From contig CAIMSP010000016.1 in NCBI GenBank assembly GCA_903844215.1, forward strand, positions 9,575-73,574: a DNA stretch of 64,000 nucleotides, written 5' to 3'. The translations under genes and the position numbers were made by a program. The notes under the pieces were generated by a model. The model did not search any database, had not been told where the DNA came from, and saw only the letters and a program-made list of their open reading frames with translations. The DNA comes from an uncultured beta proteobacterium (GTDB lineage: Bacteria > Pseudomonadota > Gammaproteobacteria > Burkholderiales > Burkholderiaceae_C). This document shows, in pieces, positions 59,059-64,000 of the stretch (position 1 is the stretch's first letter; each line of letters begins with the position of its first letter).

Positions 59059-60207
59059 TTAGCCGCCGATGTAGCTCATCTCGACCCGCCTGGGGCCGCT
59101 GCCGCTGTCCGCAGGCAATGAGCTGCGCAGTTCGGAGTAGCGGTCGCTACGGCCCTGCCAGATCTGGCCGATGGCGCTGGCGAGCGCCGCGTCGCTGGCC
59201 GCGCCGCGCAGCAGCGGCTTGAGGTCGTAGCCGTCCTGGGCGAACAGGCACAGGTAGAGCTTGCCTTCGGTGGACAATCGGGCGCGGTTGCAGTCGCCGC
59301 AAAAAGCGCGCGTCACGCTGCTGATGACGCCGATCTCGCCGGCGTCGGCGTCGTGCAGTCCAGCGGCTGCGGCGTAGCCCCAGCGCTGCGCGGTTTCGCC
59401 CGCCGCACTGGGCTCCAGGGCCAACAAGGGCAACTCGGCCTGGATGCGGCGCACGACCTCGGCCGACGGCACGACCTGGTCCATGCGCCAGCCATTGGTC
59501 GCACCCACGTCCATGTATTCGATGAAGCGCAGCACGATCCCCGAGCCCTTGAAGTAGCGCGCCATGGGCAGGATTTCCTGGTCGTTGCTGGCGCGCTTGA
59601 CCACCATGTTGACCTTGATCGGGCCCAGCCCGACCTGGCGCGCCACCTCGATGCCCGCAAGCACATCGGCGACCGCAAAGTCCACGTCGTTCATGCGCCG
59701 AAACACCGCGTCGTCCAGGCCGTCCAGGCTCACGGTGACGCGCTGCAGGCCGGCGTCCTTGAGCGACTGCGCCTTGCGCGCCAGCAGCGATCCGTTGGTG
59801 GTGAGGGTGATGTCCAGTGGCTGGCCCTGCAGCGTGCGCAGATTCGCCAACTGCTCGATCAAGCGCTCCAGATTCTTGCGCAGCAGCGGCTCGCCGCCGG
59901 TGAGACGGATCTTTTGCACGCCGTGCGCCACGAACTGGCGCGCCAACCGGGTGATCTCCTCGAAGCTGAGCAGGCTGGCGTGCGGCAGGTAGGCGTAGTT
60001 GGCGTCGAACACTTCCTTGGGCATGCAATAGCTGCAGCGGAAATTACAGCGGTCGGTGACGCTGATGCGCAGGTCGCGCAGCGGCCGACCCAGGCTGTCG
60101 GCCAGGGCGCCGGTGCCCGACACCGGCGCCTGACCGGTTGGCAGACTCAGGCCGGCCTGGCGCAGGTCGGCCAGCGGGATGGTGCGGTGGGTATCGCGTT
60201 CAGACAT
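59059..60207 (-). CDS. moaA: GTP 3',8-cyclase (radical SAM)
   Basis: It has the CNFRCSYC radical-SAM cluster motif, the C-terminal [10 protein letters not shown] cluster motif, and a GG tail. An alternative start lies at 60225. Confidence 0.9.
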   Translation of the reverse strand: MSERDTHRTIPLADLRQAGLSLPTGQAPVSGTGALADSLGRPLRDLRISVTDRCNFRCSYCMPKEVFDANYAYLPHASLLSFEEITRLARQFVAHGVQKIRLTGGEPLLRKNLERLIEQLANLRTLQGQPLDITLTTNGSLLARKAQSLKDAGLQRVTVSLDGLDDAVFRRMNDVDFAVADVLAGIEVARQVGLGPIKVNMVVKRASNDQEILPMARYFKGSGIVLRFIEYMDVGATNGWRMDQVVPSAEVVRRIQAELPLLALEPSAAGETAQRWGYAAAAGLHDADAGEIGVISSVTRAFCGDCNRARLSTEGKLYLCLFAQDGYDLKPLLRGAASDAALASAIGQIWQGRSDRYSELRSSLPADSGSGPRRVEMSYIGG

Positions 60208-60288
60208 ACGCCATTTTCGCCGCATGTCCGAGCGCCGCGCTAAAGCCCTGCGGCGCGCAGGAGAATGGCGCGCCCAAGCGGGGTGTGA

Positions 60289-61587
60289 TCAGGCCGATTT
60301 TTGCGCTGCCTTGAGCGCCTGCCTGAGGTCTTCGATCAGGTCATCGGGGTCTTCCAGCCCGATCGACAAGCGGATCGTTCCCTGGGCAATGCCGGCGCGC
60401 GTCAGTGCCTCGTCGTCCATGCGAAAGTGCGTGGTGCTGGCCGGATGGATCACCAGGCTGCGGCAGTCGCCCACGTTGGCCAGGTGACTGAAGACCTTGA
60501 GCGTCTCGACGAACTTCTTGCCCTGCTCGCGACTGCCGTTGAGGTCGAAGCTGAACACCGATCCCGCGCCGCGTGGCAGCAGCCGCTGCGCCAGCGTGTG
60601 GCTCGGGTGCGACGCCAGCATCGGGTGGCCGACGCGCGCCACAAAGGCGTGGGCGCTGAGGAATTCGACCACCTTTTGCGTATTGCTCATGTGCCGCGCC
60701 ATGCGCAGCGGCAGCGTTTCCACGCCCTGCAGGATGAGCCAGGCGGTATGCGGGCTCATGCAGGCGCCGAAGTCGCGCAGGCCTTCACGCCGCGCTCGCA
60801 GCAGAAAGGCGCCGACCGTGGACTCCTCGGAAAACACCATGTTGTGAAAGCCGGCGTAGGGCTCGGTGAGTTCGGGAAATTGGCCGCTCTTGTCCCAGTC
60901 GAAATTGCCGGAGTCCACCACGATGCCGCCCACGACGGTGCCGTGGCCGCTGAGGAACTTGGTCGCCGAGTGGTAGACGAGGTCGGCGCCGTGCTCGAAC
61001 GGGCGCATCAGCCAGGGCGAGGTCAGCGTGGAGTCGATCAGCAGCGGCACGCCGGCGTCGTGCGCCAGCGCGCTGATCACGGGAATGTCCAGCACCTCCA
61101 GCCCCGGATTGCCCACGGTCTCGCCGAAAAACAGCTTGGTGTTGGGTTGCACTGCGGCGCGCCAGGCGTCGATGTCGCCGGGTTGCACGAAGCTGGTCTC
61201 GATGCCGAAGCGGCGCAAGGTGTAGTGCAGCAGGTTTTGCGAGCCGCCATACAGCGCCGTGCTGGCCACGATGTGCGAGCCCGCGCCCAGCAGCGTGACG
61301 ATGGCCAGGTGCAGCGCGGCCTGGCCGCTGGCCGTGGTCACGGCGCCGATGCCGCCTTCGAGTGCGGCCACGCGCTGCTCCAGCACCGCGTTCGTCGGGT
61401 TGCTGATGCGCGAATAAACGTGGCCGGCGCGCTCCAGGTTGAACAGCGCGGCGGCGTGGTCGCTGGACTCGAACACGAACGAGGTCGTGAGATGGATGGG
61501 CGTGGCGCGCGCGCCGGTGGCGGGGTCAGGTGCGGCACCGGCGTGCAGCGCCAGGGTGTCGAAACCAGGGTCGGAATAGCCGGGCAT
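60289..61587 (-). CDS. metY: O-acetylhomoserine aminocarboxypropyltransferase / sulfhydrylase
   Basis: 432 aa. It shows the Cys/Met-metabolism PLP enzyme pattern, with the PLP-lysine context HSATKFLSGHG. Confidence 0.9.
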   Translation of the reverse strand: MPGYSDPGFDTLALHAGAAPDPATGARATPIHLTTSFVFESSDHAAALFNLERAGHVYSRISNPTNAVLEQRVAALEGGIGAVTTASGQAALHLAIVTLLGAGSHIVASTALYGGSQNLLHYTLRRFGIETSFVQPGDIDAWRAAVQPNTKLFFGETVGNPGLEVLDIPVISALAHDAGVPLLIDSTLTSPWLMRPFEHGADLVYHSATKFLSGHGTVVGGIVVDSGNFDWDKSGQFPELTEPYAGFHNMVFSEESTVGAFLLRARREGLRDFGACMSPHTAWLILQGVETLPLRMARHMSNTQKVVEFLSAHAFVARVGHPMLASHPSHTLAQRLLPRGAGSVFSFDLNGSREQGKKFVETLKVFSHLANVGDCRSLVIHPASTTHFRMDDEALTRAGIAQGTIRLSIGLEDPDDLIEDLRQALKAAQKSA

Positions 61588-61719
61588 GTTGTCTCCGGTG
61601 GCGGGTGAAATATCTGCTCAAACAGGGTTAACCCACGGTCGTGGGGTCGTTCAGACCCCACCATTGTGGGCTATATTGGAGACCTCACCTGTGTCCTCAA
61701 CCGATTAGGAGAAGCCACC

Positions 61720-62178
61720 ATGAAAGTCCACGACATCCTGCGCGTCAAAGGCAATACCTTGTACACCGCCCACCCCGATGAATCACTGGCCGGCGCGGTG
61801 AACATGATGGCCGAGAAAGACATCGGCTCCGTGGTGGTGATGGAGCATGGCGCGTTCCTGGGCTTGCTGAGCTTTCGCGAGGTGATTCGCATTTTGGCCA
61901 AGAACGGTGGGGCGCTGGGCAGCGTGACGCTGCGGACTTCGCTGGACGCTGCGCCCTTGACCTGCAGCTCCGAGACCGACCTGGACGAGGTGCGCCGTAT
62001 GATGCTGGAGCACCATGCGCGCTATATGCCGGTGCTGGACCAAGGCACGCTCATGGGGGTGATCAGTTTTTACGACGTGGCCAAGGCCGTGGTGGAGAGC
62101 CAGAACTTCGAAAACAAGATGCTCAAGGCCTATATCCGCGACTGGCCCGAAGAAGAGGCGCCCAAAGCGGCAGAATAG
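61720..62178 (+). CDS. CBS domain pair protein
   Basis: It has two CBS motifs (MKVHDILRVKG...IGSVVVME and ...HARYMPVLDQGTLMGVISFYDV). A GGAG RBS lies upstream. Confidence 0.8.
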   Translation: MKVHDILRVKGNTLYTAHPDESLAGAVNMMAEKDIGSVVVMEHGAFLGLLSFREVIRILAKNGGALGSVTLRTSLDAAPLTCSSETDLDEVRRMMLEHHARYMPVLDQGTLMGVISFYDVAKAVVESQNFENKMLKAYIRDWPEEEAPKAAE

Positions 62179-62254
62179 ACACTGCGCGGGAAGCGCTTCC
62201 TGCGCCGACCCCTGGCGACGTGAGCCGCGCAACTTTTTTTGAGATCTGATTTTT

Positions 62255-63352
62255 ATGTCCGGCAACACCTTCGGCAAGCTCTTTTCTGTCACCAATTTTG
62301 GTGAGTCCCACGGCCCTGCCATCGGCTGCGTGATCGACGGCTGCCCACCTGGCATGGCCTTGAGCGAGGCCGACATCCAGCCCGATCTGGACCGCCGCCG
62401 CCCCGGCACGAGCCGCTTCGTGACGCAGCGCAACGAGCCCGACGCGGTGGAAATCTTGAGCGGCGTGTACCAGGGCGTGACCACCGGCACGCCGATTTGC
62501 CTGCTGATTCGCAACACCGACCAGCGCAGCAAGGATTACGGCAACATCGTCGAGACCTTCCGTCCGGGTCATGCCGACTACACCTACTGGCACAAGTACG
62601 GCGTGCGCGATCCGCGCGGTGGCGGCCGCTCTTCGGCGCGCCTGACCGCGCCCATGGTGGCGGCGGGCGCCGTGGCCAAGAAGTGGCTGGCGCAACAATA
62701 CGGCACGCTGTTTCGCGGCTGCATGACGCAGATCGGCGAGTTGCCGATCGCCTTCGAATCCTGGGACCATGTGCCGAACAACGCCTTCTTCGCGCCCGTG
62801 GCCGACGCCTCGGCGCTGGAAAACTACATGGACGCGCTGCGCAAGTCGGGCGACTCCTGCGGCGCGCGGCTGCGGGTGGTGGCGTGCAACGTGCCGGTGG
62901 GTCTGGGTGAGCCGCTGTTTGACAAGATGGACGCCGACATCGCCTACGCCATGATGGGCATCAATGCCGTCAAGGGCGTGGAGATCGGCGCCGGTTTTGC
63001 CAGCGTGAGCCAGCGCGGCAGCCAGCACGGCGATGCGCTCTCGCCTGCGGGCTTTCGTACCAACAACGCCGGCGGCGTGCTCGGCGGCATCAGCACCGGG
63101 CAGGACCTGGAAGTGTCGATCGCGGTCAAGCCGACCAGTTCCATCCTCACGCCGCGCGAGTCCATCGACCTGAACGGCGTCTCCACCGAGGTCGTGACCA
63201 AGGGCCGACACGACCCCTGCGTCGGCATCCGGGCCACGCCCATCGCCGAGGCGATGTTGGCGCTGGTGGTGATAGACCATGCGCTGCGCCATCGCGCCCA
63301 GTGCGCCGACGTGGCGGTGAGCACGCCCAAGATCGCAGCGCCGCACGCGTGA
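62255..63352 (+). CDS. aroC: Chorismate synthase
   Basis: It contains [26 protein letters not shown], and [10 protein letters not shown]. Confidence 0.95.
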   Translation: MSGNTFGKLFSVTNFGESHGPAIGCVIDGCPPGMALSEADIQPDLDRRRPGTSRFVTQRNEPDAVEILSGVYQGVTTGTPICLLIRNTDQRSKDYGNIVETFRPGHADYTYWHKYGVRDPRGGGRSSARLTAPMVAAGAVAKKWLAQQYGTLFRGCMTQIGELPIAFESWDHVPNNAFFAPVADASALENYMDALRKSGDSCGARLRVVACNVPVGLGEPLFDKMDADIAYAMMGINAVKGVEIGAGFASVSQRGSQHGDALSPAGFRTNNAGGVLGGISTGQDLEVSIAVKPTSSILTPRESIDLNGVSTEVVTKGRHDPCVGIRATPIAEAMLALVVIDHALRHRAQCADVAVSTPKIAAPHA

Positions 63353-64000
63353 GCCAACGTCGGCAACAGCTGCTGCCCTTTGCTTTTCTCTCGGGCAGCT
63401 ATTTCGCGCACATCGGATTCTTCAATCCCTATCTGCCGCTGTGGCTCAAGGACCTGGGACTGAGCCTGTTCGTCATCAGCCTGCTGACGTCGGTGCAGGC
63501 GGCGACGCGCTTGTTTGCCCCCTACGGCTGGGGCGCCTTGAGCGACCACACGGGCGAGCGCGTGAAACTGCTGCGTTTTGGTGCCACCGGCGCGCTCGTC
63601 TGTTCGCTTGGCCTGTGGTTCGACTTTGGCTTGTGGTGGCTGGCGGCGGTGCTGCTGCTGATGTTCACCCACACCAGTTCCATGATGGCGCTGAGCGAGG
63701 CCGCCATGGCGCATCTGGTGAGCCAGGGTGGCGCCTTTGACTCGCGCCGCTACGGGCGCGTGCGGGTCTGGGGTTCCTGCGGTTTCCTAGTGACGGTGCT
63801 GGCCGCAGGTGCCTGGTTCGAACACTTTGGCATGCGGCACTTTGCCGCCTGGACCCTGCTCACGCTGGCCTGCGTGACCGCCAGCGTCTGGATGCTGCCC
63901 GACCTGAAGGAGGCGGTGGCGCTGCCGCACGAACGAGGGTCGGTGTGGCCGGTGCTGCGTCAGCGACCGGTGCAATGGCTTTTTGCCGCGATCTTTTTCC
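63349..64000 (+). CDS. MFS transporter (HcaT/MFS_1_like-type), 3' end outside the window
   Basis: I translated this manually. The frame is open from the GTG overlapping the aroC stop (GTGA) to the window end. It contains ...[27 protein letters not shown]... and successive TM helices. It is absent from the ORF track because no stop lies in the window. Confidence 0.7.
   Translation, partial: MSQRRQQLLPFAFLSGSYFAHIGFFNPYLPLWLKDLGLSLFVISLLTSVQAATRLFAPYGWGALSDHTGERVKLLRFGATGALVCSLGLWFDFGLWWLAAVLLLMFTHTSSMMALSEAAMAHLVSQGGAFDSRRYGRVRVWGSCGFLVTVLAAGAWFEHFGMRHFAAWTLLTLACVTASVWMLPDLKEAVALPHERGSVWPVLRQRPVQWLFAAIFF

Overview
This is a high-GC chromosomal segment, roughly 65-68% G+C judged by eye. The gene content looks like a betaproteobacterium, Comamonadaceae-like, but that assignment is an inference and was not computed. 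Most of the window is ordinary housekeeping sequence: phaB, uvrD, thrB, a MaoC-Pta fusion with ackA, polA, dnaX-ybaB-recR, gloB, the Moco genes moeA/mobA/moaA, metY and aroC. It also holds several ABC/efflux operons and a TonB-receptor/ECF-sigma cluster.

The high GC produces many long antisense shadow ORFs in the six-frame track, and I rejected these. Two visibly AT-richer insertions stand out.

1. An islet of about 3.9 kb lies directly 3' of tRNA-Arg(UCU), at 46.8-50.7 kb. It carries a controller(C)-endonuclease-like operon convergent with a gamma-class N6-adenine DNA methyltransferase. It is bounded by a 12-nt near-repeat of the tRNA 3' end, has no integrase, and ends in about 0.7 kb of unassigned ORF-poor DNA.
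2. An islet of about 2 kb at 29.0-31.0 kb carries an orphan TPR-sulfotransferase gene. It sits between an anti-sigma gene and a deleted, frame-broken second copy of that same anti-sigma gene, next to a decayed nitroreductase pseudogene.

Other points worth a second look:
- An A9 tract with a downstream stem-loop in dnaX, where both alternative frames stop almost at once. This would fit gamma-subunit production by slippage.
- A GC-rich palindromic repeat element inserted in frame inside uvrD, with a sister copy in an intergenic region.
- A DUF433 remnant fused in frame to an intact DUF5615 PIN-like gene.
- A DUF2946/TonB-receptor/Asp-box propeller/thioredoxin-like operon.

I saw no CRISPR array, rRNA, transposase or integrase. 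All start codons were placed by manual frame counting, and all family assignments come from motif recognition by eye, not from searches. I cannot claim a clearly new multi-gene system. The tRNA-Arg islet is the best candidate for something uncharacterised, because its endonuclease-like protein has no family I can name.
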